Part shown: one piece after another, positions 1 through 9,995 of the stretch
Layout: the number at the start of each line of letters is the position of its first letter
How positions within the stretch are numbered: the first letter of the stretch is position 1
Origin: an uncultured Phycisphaeraceae bacterium
GTDB lineage: Bacteria; Planctomycetota; Phycisphaerae; Phycisphaerales; UBA1924
DNA: 64,000 bases
Assembly: GCA_964630785.1 (NCBI GenBank)
Contig: CAZVZG010000001.1
Location: 207,427 to 271,426, forward strand
Direction of reading: 5' to 3'
The notes under the pieces: generated by a model
The model's database searches: none
The model's input: the letters and a program-made list of their open reading frames with translations, nothing else
Told to the model about the DNA's origin: nothing
Translations under genes and position numbers: made by a program

Positions 1-34
1 GAGGGGTGAGGGGGCGGGGGAAGCGGAATGAAAT

Positions 35-682
35 GTGGCGACGATCCGCTTGGCCCTTTGGGCCAACATGGGCTGGAAGCCCATGCCACGGTGGGGCGCT
101 GTTGGTAGACTCGGTCGGCAGGTGCATCCGGCCACGCCCGAACAATCTTCGCCGCACACGGCCATGAACAGAGTGGCGCGGGTGTTGTGGTGCGTGGGCT
201 ACACCCTGCTGGTGCGGCCGTCGCCGCGGTTCGCGCACCGATGGCGCAACCTCGTGTACCGAGCGTTCGGGGCCAGGCTCCATCCCACGGCCCGCATCTA
301 CCCCAGCGCCCGCGTCTGGCTCCCCGCCAACCTCACCATGCACGAGCACGCCTGCGTCGGCGACCTCACCGACATCTACGACGTGGCCCCCATCACCCTC
401 GGCGCCCGCTCGACCGTCAGCCACTACTCGTTCCTGTGCGCCGCGAGCCACGACTTCGAGGACCCGGCCCAGCCGCTCACGGTCGCGCCCATCACGCTGG
501 GTCAAAACGTCTGGCTCGCCGCCGACGTCTTCGTCGCCCCCGGCGTCGCCATCCCCGACGGCGTGGTCGTCGGCGCCCGCTCCAGCGTCTTCACCAGCGA
601 CCTGCCCGCGTGGCACCTGTGCGCGGGGAGCCCGGCCAAGCCCATCCGCAAGCGCGAGTTCAAGGGCGAAGCACGGGGGTGA
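35..682 (+). CDS. Hexapeptide-repeat acetyltransferase, WcaF-like (colanic-acid-type O-acetyltransferase); true start may be an internal ATG (e.g. nt 164)
   Basis: Left-handed beta-helix hexapeptide repeats; C-terminal 'DVFVAPGVAIPDGVVVGARSSVF' and the 'RWRNLVYRAFGARL' block align closely with E. coli WcaF from memory. Confidence 0.75.
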   Translation: MATIRLALWANMGWKPMPRWGAVGRLGRQVHPATPEQSSPHTAMNRVARVLWCVGYTLLVRPSPRFAHRWRNLVYRAFGARLHPTARIYPSARVWLPANLTMHEHACVGDLTDIYDVAPITLGARSTVSHYSFLCAASHDFEDPAQPLTVAPITLGQNVWLAADVFVAPGVAIPDGVVVGARSSVFTSDLPAWHLCAGSPAKPIRKREFKGEARG

Positions 683-716
683 CTCCGTGGTTGGCACGTA
701 CTAACGTTGCCTCCCT

Positions 717-1748
717 GTGCCCGTCATCCGGTCCTCCATCCTCGCCGCCCCCGTCACCGTTTCCGGGGTCGGGCTCTTCACCGGCGCCTCCGTGCGCGTG
801 ACCATCCGGCCCAGCGCGCCGGGGGCAGGGGGGGAGGGGGGGGGGATCGCCTTCCGGCGCACCGACCTGCCCACTCCCGAACGCGAACGGCTCATCCCTG
901 CCCTGGCGACGCACGTCGTGCCCGAGTCGCGGCGGACGGTGCTCGCGGCCGATCCGGACGCGGTCCGGGGCGCGATCAACGCATCCGGGCCCGGGGCCGC
1001 GGCGACGATGGCCACGGTGCAGACCGTCGAGCACCTGCTTTCGGCTCTGGCAGGGTTGAGCATCCGTCACGCGCTCATCGACGTGGATGGGCCGGAGATC
1101 CCCATCGGTGACGGTTCGGCGAACCTGTTCGTCGAGGCGTTGATGCCGGTGATTTCGGACAAGGTGCCGGCGGCGGCGAGCGCACCCGTGGTCCCCATCA
1201 CCGTGGCCGCGCCGATCAGGCTCGTGGGCGACGGGTGCGTGATCGAAGCGTTGCCGCTGAGCCCGAGCGAGCGGGGCGCGGCTGAGTCGGGCGCGGGTCC
1301 GGCGACATTGTTCTCCTACCACCTGGATTTCTCGAACTTCCCGATCGCGGCGCTCGCGCCCGCGGCGTGCCGTCGCGTGCCTGCGCAAGTGGCGTCGATC
1401 GCTCTGCCTCTGATCGGCACGGGCGCGAGCCGCGACGAGTACGCGCGGCTCGTCGCGCCTGCTCGCACGTTCTGCCTGGTCGAGGAGGCCGAGGCGATGC
1501 GACGCACCGGGCTCTTCGCGCACCTGACGGCGCGCGACATGCTTGTGATCGGCGACGGCGGGCCGATCGACAACGCCTACCGCTTCGTCGGCCCCGACGG
1601 AGGGTCGGACGAGCCCGCTCGCCACAAACTGCTCGACCTCATCGGCGACCTCTCGCTCGCGGGCCGGCCCGTCATCGGGCGCATCGTCGCGACGCGCACC
1701 GGCCACGCCCAGAACCACGAGTTGGCGCGGCGGCTGATGGCGCTGTGA
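717..1748 (+). CDS. lpxC: UDP-3-O-acyl-N-acetylglucosamine deacetylase
   Basis: Motifs 'TVEHLLSAL', 'HKLLDLIGDL' and 'GHAQNHELARRL'; carries a Gly-rich insertion encoded by a G10 homopolymer. Confidence 0.9.
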   Translation: MPVIRSSILAAPVTVSGVGLFTGASVRVTIRPSAPGAGGEGGGIAFRRTDLPTPERERLIPALATHVVPESRRTVLAADPDAVRGAINASGPGAAATMATVQTVEHLLSALAGLSIRHALIDVDGPEIPIGDGSANLFVEALMPVISDKVPAAASAPVVPITVAAPIRLVGDGCVIEALPLSPSERGAAESGAGPATLFSYHLDFSNFPIAALAPAACRRVPAQVASIALPLIGTGASRDEYARLVAPARTFCLVEEAEAMRRTGLFAHLTARDMLVIGDGGPIDNAYRFVGPDGGSDEPARHKLLDLIGDLSLAGRPVIGRIVATRTGHAQNHELARRLMAL

Positions 1749-1975
1749 ACTTGGGCGGCCTCCCTCCGTCCCCCCCCACCCCCTCCCCCGCGTGCCCGCG
1801 GCCGGCTCTGCCGCAACCCGGCTGCAACCACGGCTGATGGCCCGACTACAACCGTTGGCGGCCGCGGAACTCACCCGACACCCGAACTTCGTCCGATCAA
1901 TGTTGTCGGAGTGGGGAGCGGCGAGCGGAACGGCCGCCAACCCTCTCGGGGATGGGGCGTGGCTCGGGAGCAGGC

Positions 1976-2785
1976 ATGACGGGCATTGCGGGGCAATCAG
2001 GCGGCGTGCGCACGCGGCGGTTCATCCGGCCCGCGTTCACGCTCATCGAACTGCTCGTGGTCGTGGCCATCATCGCCATTCTCGTGGGCATCACGATGCC
2101 CGCCCTCGGCAACGCCCGCGAGACGGCCCGGCGCGTCAAGTGCGCGGCCAACCTGCGCAGCCAGGGCCTGGCCCTGCAACTCTACATGGACGATTCCAAG
2201 GGCGTGCTGCCGGCGACACAGCCGCTCTACGACCCCAACTACGACATCGACCACCCGCCGCAGAACACGACCCAGACCGCCCACATCATCCACGTCCTCG
2301 CCAAGTACATGAACCTCGCCCTCCCCACGCCGGAGGACCCCTCGCGAACGCCCCCGCTCTACACCAACGTCTCCGACGTGCTGATCTGCCCGTCCGACCG
2401 CTCCAGCAAGGACGCCGAGACCGGCTACCAGCCCGTTTGGCGGGGCAACGGCTGGAGCTACTCCTACTTCGCCGGCGAACTCATGCTCGCGGGCGACTTC
2501 CTGACCATCCCGCCCGCCGTGCTCGCGCCCGCCGTGACCAAGACGTACGAGCAGATGCGCTGGAAGGACCTGCCGGTCATCTTCGACTTCGACGATTGGC
2601 ACAAGCTGCGCAAGGGCAAGAACCAGCCGCCGCGGAACTGCGTGTACTTCGGCGACTGGCGGGCCGATTGGGCCACCGACCTCACCAAGTATCAGAACCA
2701 GGCCCTCCGGGCCGACCAGTTGTGGGCCGAGCTGGTGTGCGACATCGGGCGGTTCGGCGGCCTGCACCTGCCGGGGTGCAACTGA
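1976..2785 (+). CDS. Prepilin-type N-terminal cleavage/methylation pseudopilin, DUF1559-like (Planctomycete type)
   Basis: '[26 protein letters not shown]' class-III signal; body resembles the DUF1559 family; start chosen at an internal ATG with a short leader. Confidence 0.75.
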   Translation: MTGIAGQSGGVRTRRFIRPAFTLIELLVVVAIIAILVGITMPALGNARETARRVKCAANLRSQGLALQLYMDDSKGVLPATQPLYDPNYDIDHPPQNTTQTAHIIHVLAKYMNLALPTPEDPSRTPPLYTNVSDVLICPSDRSSKDAETGYQPVWRGNGWSYSYFAGELMLAGDFLTIPPAVLAPAVTKTYEQMRWKDLPVIFDFDDWHKLRKGKNQPPRNCVYFGDWRADWATDLTKYQNQALRADQLWAELVCDIGRFGGLHLPGCN

Positions 2786-2818
2786 TCCGTACCCCTTTCC
2801 TCTGACGATGGGCCGAGC

Positions 2819-3676
2819 ATGAGCGCCTCTTCCAACCCACTCCACGCCGGTTCGCTGCTCGAAGGCATCGAGGTTCCGCCGCCCCCGACCTCATCGGGCG
2901 GCGGGTCGCGCGGGACGAAGGCCGCGCGGGCCGATCGACCGTTCCTCCCGCCCATCCTCCGGGACAACCGCGTCAACCGCTGGGTGAAGCGGCACATGCG
3001 GATCTCGATCGCGTTGCTCGCCCTGATCGTGCTGGGCGCGGGGCTGTGGACGTGGGACCGCTTCCGCTTCCACGAGCCGCCCGACTACGCCACGGCCGAC
3101 ATGGAGGACCTGCTCGACTACACCTTCATCACCGACGACTTCAACAAGCTGCCCATCGAGCGACGCCTGGAGCTCATCCGCGAGCTGGTGCGACGCTTCA
3201 GCAACATGGAGAGCTCCGAATCGGTCGCCATGGCCCAGTTCGCCGCCATGATCGAGGGCGACCTGCGAAGGCAGATGATGAAGAACGCCTCGCTGCTGGC
3301 GATCGACATGTGGGACGGCTACGCGGCCAAGTACACCACCGTGCCGCCGGAAGATCGCGGCAAGTTCCTCGACGACACCGTGGTCAACTTCCTCAAGACC
3401 ATGGAGAGCTTCAACCCCAACGGCCCGCGCGACATTTCCGACGAGCAGCGCCTCGCCGAGGCCCGCAAGCAGGCCCAGCGCGACAAAGGCGCGATCCGCT
3501 CGGGCCAGATGTCCAGCGGCGAGCTCGGCCAGATGGCCGACTTCATGCGCAACGGCATGGGCCAGTTCGCCGCGCCGCAGACCCAGACCCGCGCCGCCCA
3601 GCTCATGCGCGACATGACCCGCCATCTCCGCGGCCAGGACGGCTCGGGGCCCGCGCCGACCACCGGCGGCAAATAA
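2819..3676 (+). CDS. Hypothetical membrane-anchored protein
   Basis: Single TM segment 'ISIALLALIVLGAGLW'; balanced composition; no recognised domain. Confidence 0.45.
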   Translation: MSASSNPLHAGSLLEGIEVPPPPTSSGGGSRGTKAARADRPFLPPILRDNRVNRWVKRHMRISIALLALIVLGAGLWTWDRFRFHEPPDYATADMEDLLDYTFITDDFNKLPIERRLELIRELVRRFSNMESSESVAMAQFAAMIEGDLRRQMMKNASLLAIDMWDGYAAKYTTVPPEDRGKFLDDTVVNFLKTMESFNPNGPRDISDEQRLAEARKQAQRDKGAIRSGQMSSGELGQMADFMRNGMGQFAAPQTQTRAAQLMRDMTRHLRGQDGSGPAPTTGGK

Positions 3677-3818
3677 CTCCGCCTCTGGGCCGCCGCGGGC
3701 CGACCCGCATCGGACGGCAATACGCCCGCCCCCGCGGCGTTCAGCCCCGGAACTCACCCGGCCGATGTCGGTCGGGGTTGGGGGGTGGGGGGTGGGGGGG
3801 GGCAAGGAGTCTGCTCGC

Positions 3819-5045
3819 ATGAGCCGCAAGTCCGTGACCCGCGTGCTGGCGATCGTCCTGGCGGCCGGTACGCTCGGCCCCGCGACGGCGTGGGCCCGGT
3901 CCGACGCCACGCCGCCCGCCGATCCGATGGGCTCGCCCCTGGGCGGACCGGAGGTGAAGGACCGTGACGTGCCCGGCGTGGCCGGCTCGTTTGGGAATGA
4001 TGCAGAGGGTCAGCGGCGAAAGTTCGCCGACCGGGTCCCGGCTCGGGCGATGCGCGAGGCCATCGGCGTGGTCATGAGCGAAAACGCGCCTGAGAACATC
4101 CGCGCCACGCCAGAGCAGCGCGAGAAGATCCGCGCCTGCTACGAGGAGTTCCAGAAGAGCCTGCGCGACTTTGTTCGCGACCACCGCGAAGAGCTCGAAG
4201 ACTTGCGTGCGAAGATGCCGCGCGGTGGAGCGGGTGGATGGGGCGCGGGGGGTGGGCCCGCGGGCGAGTTGTTCCGGATGCTCGACCGACCGGGCGATCG
4301 GCGCCGCGGGGGTGATGAACCCCGGAGCGATCGCGCGCCCCTGGCTCAACCCGCCGACTCCGCGGCCCCTCTCGCCGAAGCCAAAAAGGATCAGCCCGCG
4401 CCGCGCGACGATCAGCCCCGCCGTCGCGGCGAGGGCGTGCCCGTCGAGGTGCGCGAGCAGTTGCGAGCCCTGGCCGAGCAGATGCCCAAGGCCGACGACG
4501 TCTACACGAAGATCTGGGCCGAGCTCACGCCCGAGCAGCGGAAGGCCGTCGACGGCCGGCTCGACGAGTTCCGCCAGAAGCAGGCCCGCGAGCGTGAGGA
4601 CGAGTACGTGCAGCGTCGCGTGAAGACCAAGGGTGGCGGGCCGGCGGATGGGAAGCCGGACGGACCGCCGCCGCCCCGCCGTCGCCCGGCCGACGGCGCC
4701 CGCATCGGACCCGGCGGGCCACCTCCTCCTCCGGCCCCCAACGCGAACATCAGCCCCGAGCGTCGCGAACGGCTCATGCGAATCTTCGGGCGGATGACGC
4801 CCGAACAGCAGGATCAACTGCTCTCGAGGCTGGAAGCTCGCCTGCGAGGGGGGGGTGGGGGGGACGGGGGAGCGGGCGTCCCGCCGCCCCCGCCGTCCTC
4901 CCTGCGCAGGCGGGCGGGCCGGCCCGGGCCGAGCGAGCCACCCCCGGTTCCTGACGTCGAGCACATGCCCGTCCCCCCGCCGCCGCCCCCGGCTGCTCCT
5001 CCGTCCCCGCCCCAGCCGGACGAGATGAACGCGCCGCCCCGGTAG
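3819..5045 (+). CDS. Periplasmic LTXXQ-motif protein (Spy/CpxP-like) with Pro-rich tail
   Basis: Signal peptide 'VLAIVLAAGTLGPATAWA'; three 'LTPEQR/MTPEQQ' motifs; 'aaggag' RBS 9 nt upstream of the ATG at 3819; poly-G tract immediately upstream. Confidence 0.6.
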   Translation: MSRKSVTRVLAIVLAAGTLGPATAWARSDATPPADPMGSPLGGPEVKDRDVPGVAGSFGNDAEGQRRKFADRVPARAMREAIGVVMSENAPENIRATPEQREKIRACYEEFQKSLRDFVRDHREELEDLRAKMPRGGAGGWGAGGGPAGELFRMLDRPGDRRRGGDEPRSDRAPLAQPADSAAPLAEAKKDQPAPRDDQPRRRGEGVPVEVREQLRALAEQMPKADDVYTKIWAELTPEQRKAVDGRLDEFRQKQAREREDEYVQRRVKTKGGGPADGKPDGPPPPRRRPADGARIGPGGPPPPPAPNANISPERRERLMRIFGRMTPEQQDQLLSRLEARLRGGGGGDGGAGVPPPPPSSLRRRAGRPGPSEPPPVPDVEHMPVPPPPPPAAPPSPPQPDEMNAPPR

Positions 5046-5084
5046 CCGCAGAGTCACAAACCGCACGTGTTGAGAAGCGGGCGT

Positions 5085-6263
5085 TTACTGGCCGCGACCG
5101 GCCACCTGCTCGTGCACGCCCCAGAAGTGCGTGAACGAGTGCGCGATGGACATGGGCTGGACCTTCTCGTGCGCGGCCCGTCCCATCTCGCGCCGAAGTT
5201 CCGGATTCTCGATCAGCCGGACCAGCGCCTGGGTCCATCGGTCGGTCGCTGCGGGATCGGCCGGGAGCACGAAGCCCGTGCGCCCGTCGTCCACGACCTC
5301 GGCCGGCCCGCCCCGATCGGTGACGAGCACGGGCAGGCCGGCGGACTGGGCCTCCATCACGACCTGGCCGAGCGTGTCGGTAGTTGATGGGAAGACGAAC
5401 AGGTCGCAGGAGGCGTAGATCGTCGAGAGTTCCCGCCCGTGCCGGAAGCCGAGGAAGCGGGCGTCGGCGCCGGCGGCCGCGAGAGCACACTGCATCTGCT
5501 CGCGGTACGGGCCGTCCCCAACGACGAGCAGTTGGGTGTCGAGCCCGCGCCCGCGCGCCTCATCTTGGGCGCGAGGCCAGACGCGGGTGAGCATCGGCAG
5601 GTTCTTCTCGACGCTCACGCGCCCGACGTAGAGCACCTTGACGCTCGACGGGCGCACGCCGGGGCACTGCGCCCACACCGCGCCCGTTTCATCGCGGAAT
5701 CGGGCATGGAACGCGCCGGTATCGATCCCGGGGAGCAGGCGGACGACGCGGTCCTCGCCGATGCCCATGCGCCCCAGGGCCCGGCCGTACTCGGCCGATC
5801 GCGTGAAAATGCGAGAGAACGGCCGGTAGAACCAGCGCATGGCGAGCGAGCAGGCCCAGGTGAGCGTGGGGTCGTCGAACAGGTGGTCGATGTACGCGGG
5901 GAAGTCGGTGTGGTAGGTGCCCACGAGCGGTACTCCGCGTTTGCGGGCCCAGCGCCGACCGGCGAGACCCACCGGCCCCGGCGTAGAGACGTGCACGACG
6001 TCGGGCCGGAGCCGGTCGGCCAAATCGTGCAGGCGACGGGTGGGCGGAGCGACGATCTCGAGTTGCGGGTAGCCGGGCATCGGTCGCGACAGCGCCGGGC
6101 GCGGGTTGTGGATGTTGGGGCGGCTCGGACAATCCAGTCGCGTGGACGTGATGGCGTGCAGATCGATGTCCCGCGCCAGCGCCTGCTCCGCGACGCTGCG
6201 GATGAACCGCGATACGCCGTTGACGTCGGCGAGCGTGTCGGTGAAAAGGCAGACGCGGGTCAT
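5085..6263 (-). CDS. Glycosyltransferase family 4 (GT4)
   Basis: GT-B fold; 'EKNLPMLTRVW...GDGPYREQM' in the C-terminal domain; start trimmed to 'MTRVCLFTD' (upstream part of the ORF is R/P-rich junk). Confidence 0.8.
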   Translation of the reverse strand: MTRVCLFTDTLADVNGVSRFIRSVAEQALARDIDLHAITSTRLDCPSRPNIHNPRPALSRPMPGYPQLEIVAPPTRRLHDLADRLRPDVVHVSTPGPVGLAGRRWARKRGVPLVGTYHTDFPAYIDHLFDDPTLTWACSLAMRWFYRPFSRIFTRSAEYGRALGRMGIGEDRVVRLLPGIDTGAFHARFRDETGAVWAQCPGVRPSSVKVLYVGRVSVEKNLPMLTRVWPRAQDEARGRGLDTQLLVVGDGPYREQMQCALAAAGADARFLGFRHGRELSTIYASCDLFVFPSTTDTLGQVVMEAQSAGLPVLVTDRGGPAEVVDDGRTGFVLPADPAATDRWTQALVRLIENPELRREMGRAAHEKVQPMSIAHSFTHFWGVHEQVAGRGQ

Positions 6264-6680
6264 GAGCGCGGCGGAGAGACGAGCGGCAAGGGCGAAGTTT
6301 ACGGCGTTGCAACACCGGGGAAAACGGGTGCCACCGTATGACGCCGCTCGGGACCACTTGCGGTACGAGTTGCGCACCGCCTCGCCCGCACGGCTTGGCC
6401 GGACAGGGCTCCGTCCAAGCCGTGGCACCCCGTTCGTGACTTGCGCGACGCAAAAACGAAAGACCGCGCCGGGGAGGCAAGCCGGCGCGGTGCTTTCGAC
6501 AAACGTGTGGACCGGCGGTGGGTTGGGCCGCCGGTCCCGCGGCCTGGTCCGAAGGCCGCATACGGAAAAGGTGCCATTCACGGACGGTCGGGGCCAGCGC
6601 GGGGCGGCCGGGGGCGTTGGTTGAGCGCTCGGTGTGAGGGTTGTGCCGGTTGTGCGGCCCGGCGGCGTAAACTCCCGCCC

Positions 6681-7292
6681 ATGCCCGCCGACCGTGAGCC
6701 ACGAACCGCCCGAGGTCCAGCCCGCCGCACGGTTGGCCCGCGCCACGTCGCGATGTTCCCCGGCTCGTTCGACCCGGTAAGTTATGGGCACCTCGACGTC
6801 ATCCGGCGCGGGCGGCGGCTGTTCGATCGCGTCGTGGTGGCGGTCGGGCGCAACCCCGGCAAGGACCCGCTCTTCAGCCCCGACGAGCGCGTCGACATGC
6901 TGCGCCGGCTGATCGACCAGATCGTGCGCGAAGAGCCGGGCGAGGCCGAGGTCAGCGTCGAATCGTTCTCAGGGCTGACGGTCGATTTTGCCAAGGCCAT
7001 CGGCGCGACGGTGCTGCTCCGCGGCATCCGCAACCTCTCCGACCTGCAGAGCGAGGTCCAGCAGGCGCTCACCAACCGGCAGGTGGCGGGGCTGGAGACG
7101 GCGTTCGTCGTCGCGGGCCAGGACTTCGCGTACACCTCGTCGAGCCTGATCAAGCAGGTCACGGCGATGGGCGAGGACCTCTCGGCGCTCAAGTCGATGG
7201 TGCCGCCGCTGGTGGTCGGCCTGCTGCGCCGCAAGAAGAACCAGGGCCACCCCGCGCTCGCGAGATTGATCGACAAGGACGGCGAGCAGTAG
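6681..7292 (+). CDS. coaD: Phosphopantetheine adenylyltransferase
   Basis: 'AMFPGSFDPVSYGHLDVIRRG' (T/HxGH nucleotidyltransferase motif); start could also be the ATG at 6753. Confidence 0.8.
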   Translation: MPADREPRTARGPARRTVGPRHVAMFPGSFDPVSYGHLDVIRRGRRLFDRVVVAVGRNPGKDPLFSPDERVDMLRRLIDQIVREEPGEAEVSVESFSGLTVDFAKAIGATVLLRGIRNLSDLQSEVQQALTNRQVAGLETAFVVAGQDFAYTSSSLIKQVTAMGEDLSALKSMVPPLVVGLLRRKKNQGHPALARLIDKDGEQ

Positions 7293-7330
7293 AGTCTGTC
7301 CACGCCGGCCGCGTCGATCGGAAACCAACC

Positions 7331-8011
7331 ATGGACTTCCGCGTCATCAGCATCGGGACACTCGCGGCCCACCCCCTGTGGGAGGAGCGCTCGCCCGTGC
7401 GCACGGGCCACTCGACCACGACGCTCATCCGCTCGGGCAAGCGGACGATCATCGTCGACCCCGGCCTGCCGGCGCAGGCGCTCGTCGCGAGGCTGAACGA
7501 GCGCGCCGGCATGGGCCCGGAGGCGATCACGCACGTGTTCCTCACGAGTTTCAAGCCCGAGACCACCCGCGGCATCCTCGCCTTCGAGCGGGCCACATGG
7601 TGGGTGAGCGGGCCGGAGCGCGAGGGCGTCGGCGTGCCGCTGGTGGGCGAGCTTCAGGCCGCCGCCGCCGCGGGCGATGAGGAACTCAAGAGCCGGCTGG
7701 AGCTCGACGTCGCCGTGCTCCGCCGGTGCGAGCCCGCGCCCGAACGCGTGGCCGACGGCGTGGACCTCTTCCCGCTCGTCGGCGTGACGCCGGGGCTGAC
7801 GGGTCTGCTGCTGCCGGGGCGCGTGAGCACCACGCTCATCTGCGGCGACGCGGTGCCGACGATCGAGCACCTTGAACGCGGCATGGTGCTGCAGAACGCC
7901 GCGGACGTGGGCCGAGCCCGTGAGAGCCTCGCGGAGGCGGTCGAGATCGCGGACTTCCTGATCCCCGGGCGGGACAACATGGTGCCGAACCCGATCAGGA
8001 AGCCGTTTTAG
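7331..8011 (+). CDS. MBL-fold metallo-hydrolase
   Basis: 'RTIIVDPGLP...HVFLTSFKPETTRG' pattern; its TAG stop codon lies inside the left inverted repeat of the adjacent transposon. Confidence 0.65.
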   Translation: MDFRVISIGTLAAHPLWEERSPVRTGHSTTTLIRSGKRTIIVDPGLPAQALVARLNERAGMGPEAITHVFLTSFKPETTRGILAFERATWWVSGPEREGVGVPLVGELQAAAAAGDEELKSRLELDVAVLRRCEPAPERVADGVDLFPLVGVTPGLTGLLLPGRVSTTLICGDAVPTIEHLERGMVLQNAADVGRARESLAEAVEIADFLIPGRDNMVPNPIRKPF

Positions 8012-8670
8012 GAGCCGATCGCGCAAGCGATCGAGCCCGCTTGCAATCAATCTCGCGTGCGAGCGACACGCGGGTTCGTTATCCTGGCGCCGTGTACTCC
8101 CAACCGCTCGGCTACCTGCTCACCTGGACAACTTTCGGCACGCACCTCCCCGGCGACGATCGCGGCTGGGTCCACCCCGCGATGAACGAATACGGCACGC
8201 CGACCGGACGACCCGACTCCGTGTTGCTCGAAACCTGCGAAGGAGTCATGGGCGGCTCGGCGTATCGGCTGGGCGAGCGCTCGCGGCCGGTCGTCATGCG
8301 GGCGATCCTGGACCATTGCACGCACCGGGCGTGGCGGGCGCGCGCGATCAACGTGCGGACGGACCATGTGCACATGGTCGTGAGCAAGACCGATCGACCG
8401 CCTGAAAGACTCCTGGGTGAGCTCAAGTCTTGGGCGACGCGCCGGCTGCGCGCGGCGGGGTTGGCCCCGACCGACTCGCGCCTGTGGACACGGGAAGGGA
8501 GCACGCGGTACCTGTTCGACGAAGATTCCGTGTTTGACTCCATCGATTATGTGCTTTTTCGGCAGGGGGTGGATTTGGGCGGGGTTTGGGGAGGGGAGAG
8601 GGGATCGGGGGTGGCGTGACAATGGAGTGATGCGGGATCAGGTCTCGATCGCTTGCGCGATCGGCTCCTA
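8009..8670 (+). mobile_element. IS200/IS605-RAYT-like element: Y1 (HUH) transposase flanked by perfect 27-bp inverted repeats
   Basis: 8009..8035 'taggagccgatcgcgcaagcgatcgag' is the exact reverse complement of 8644..8670; each arm contains a hairpin (cgatcgc-gcaa-gcgatcg). Confidence 0.6.
8041..8619 (+). CDS. tnpA: IS200-like / REP-associated tyrosine (Y1, HUH) transposase
   Basis: 'YLLTWTTFGTHLPGDDRGWV'; HUH motif 'TDHVHMVV'; C-terminal 'LWTREGSTRYLF' with the catalytic Tyr. Confidence 0.7.
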   Translation: MQSISRASDTRVRYPGAVYSQPLGYLLTWTTFGTHLPGDDRGWVHPAMNEYGTPTGRPDSVLLETCEGVMGGSAYRLGERSRPVVMRAILDHCTHRAWRARAINVRTDHVHMVVSKTDRPPERLLGELKSWATRRLRAAGLAPTDSRLWTREGSTRYLFDEDSVFDSIDYVLFRQGVDLGGVWGGERGSGVA

Positions 8671-8679
8671 CAGTCCGGC

Positions 8680-9225
8680 ATGGCCTGGATCACGAAGAAC
8701 TACGAGGGCGCCCAAACCGAAAAGCGGGCGGAGCCCTACCTGACCGACGCGATGAAGAAGGACCTCAACGAGCGGGTCCTGCCGCGGTACGCGAACAAGC
8801 AGGCCGCGGTGCTGCCCGCGCTGCACATGGTGCAGCACCAGTACGGCTGGGTCCCCGCGCAGGCCATGAAGGAGATCGGCGACCTGCTCGGGCTCGCGCC
8901 CGCGGTCGTGCTCGACACGGCCAGTTTCTACGAGGAGTACTGGCTCAAGCCCAAGGGCCAGCGGCTGATCCAGGTCTGCCGCTCGATCGCGTGCGAGTTC
9001 TGCGGCCAGAAGGCCATCACCGAGGCCTGCAAGCGGAAGCTCGGGATCGACGTGGGCGAGACCACCGACGACGGGAAGTTCACGCTCATCGAGCTCGAGT
9101 GCCTGGGCTCGTGCGGCAGCGCGCCGGCCGCGCTGATCGACGAGACCTTGCACGAGAACCTCACGCCGGAACGGATGGAACAGGCCATCGATGAGGCGGC
9201 CGGGGCGTCGGGGCACGGGCACTGA
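8680..9225 (+). CDS. nuoE: NADH-quinone oxidoreductase subunit E (2Fe-2S)
   Basis: 'CRSIACEFCG...CLGSCGSAPAALIDE' four-Cys thioredoxin-like ferredoxin motif. Confidence 0.85.
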   Translation: MAWITKNYEGAQTEKRAEPYLTDAMKKDLNERVLPRYANKQAAVLPALHMVQHQYGWVPAQAMKEIGDLLGLAPAVVLDTASFYEEYWLKPKGQRLIQVCRSIACEFCGQKAITEACKRKLGIDVGETTDDGKFTLIELECLGSCGSAPAALIDETLHENLTPERMEQAIDEAAGASGHGH

Positions 9226-9233
9226 CGGGCTTC

Positions 9234-9911
9234 GTGGGTGGATGGGATCTCGGGTGCGATGCGGATGCCTCAGGCACGGACAGACTGTCCAAACAGCGGC
9301 CGTGGGGTTTCGCCCGCACGTGGCTCAGCGGCGTGTACACTGCCCTCGTGCGAACGCCCTTCACTTTCATCGCTCTGCTGGCGCTCGGGCTAACGCTGCC
9401 GCTTGTCGCCGGCTGCGCGTCGCAGCGCCGCGCCGACTATCAGGCGGCGCTCGCTTCCTCGCGCCCGCCTGAGGACTTCTGGCTCGGCGTGACCGTGTTC
9501 AAGGCGCCCGCCGACACGGCCTCGCGTGCCGCGGCGTACCTCAAGCTGCCCATCCCGATCCGTCCGGCGCGGTACGTCATCGAGGCGGACCGCGTGCTTC
9601 GTGCGGCCGTCGGTTCGGGCGCGACGGTTGAGACCTTTCCCGACCAGACCCGCCAGCTCTCCGAAGCCGAGTTCGATCGGCTGTGGGAGACGCTGCGCTC
9701 CTCGCCGCTGGTGAGCGACGACCAGCCCGGTCTGGTCGGCGCGCCGCCCGGGCTCGGCACGCTCGGCGATCGGACGCTCTACATCGTCGAGTTCAGCGCG
9801 GGCGGGACCCGTCGGATGCTGGCGATCGAGGCGGCCCCGACGCCCGGGCCGGGCGCGGACGACGCGAAGAAGATCGTTGAAGAACTGGCCGCGCTGGCGT
9901 GGATGAAGTAG
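9234..9911 (+). CDS. Hypothetical lipoprotein
   Basis: 'FIALLALGLTLPLVAGCAS' lipobox; start uncertain. Confidence 0.4.
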   Translation: MGGWDLGCDADASGTDRLSKQRPWGFARTWLSGVYTALVRTPFTFIALLALGLTLPLVAGCASQRRADYQAALASSRPPEDFWLGVTVFKAPADTASRAAAYLKLPIPIRPARYVIEADRVLRAAVGSGATVETFPDQTRQLSEAEFDRLWETLRSSPLVSDDQPGLVGAPPGLGTLGDRTLYIVEFSAGGTRRMLAIEAAPTPGPGADDAKKIVEELAALAWMK

Positions 9912-9995
9912 GGACTGCACGTGCCCGTGGTGGATGGTGCACGTCCTGCACGTCGGCAAAGGCACGCCGCAGAGCCGGCGTACCCGTGGCACACT

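Noticed and set aside
660-1940. 426-aa ORF antisense to lpxC
   Set aside because: Arg/Gly/Pro-rich, low-complexity GC-shadow ORF overlapping a clearly real lpxC on the other strand.
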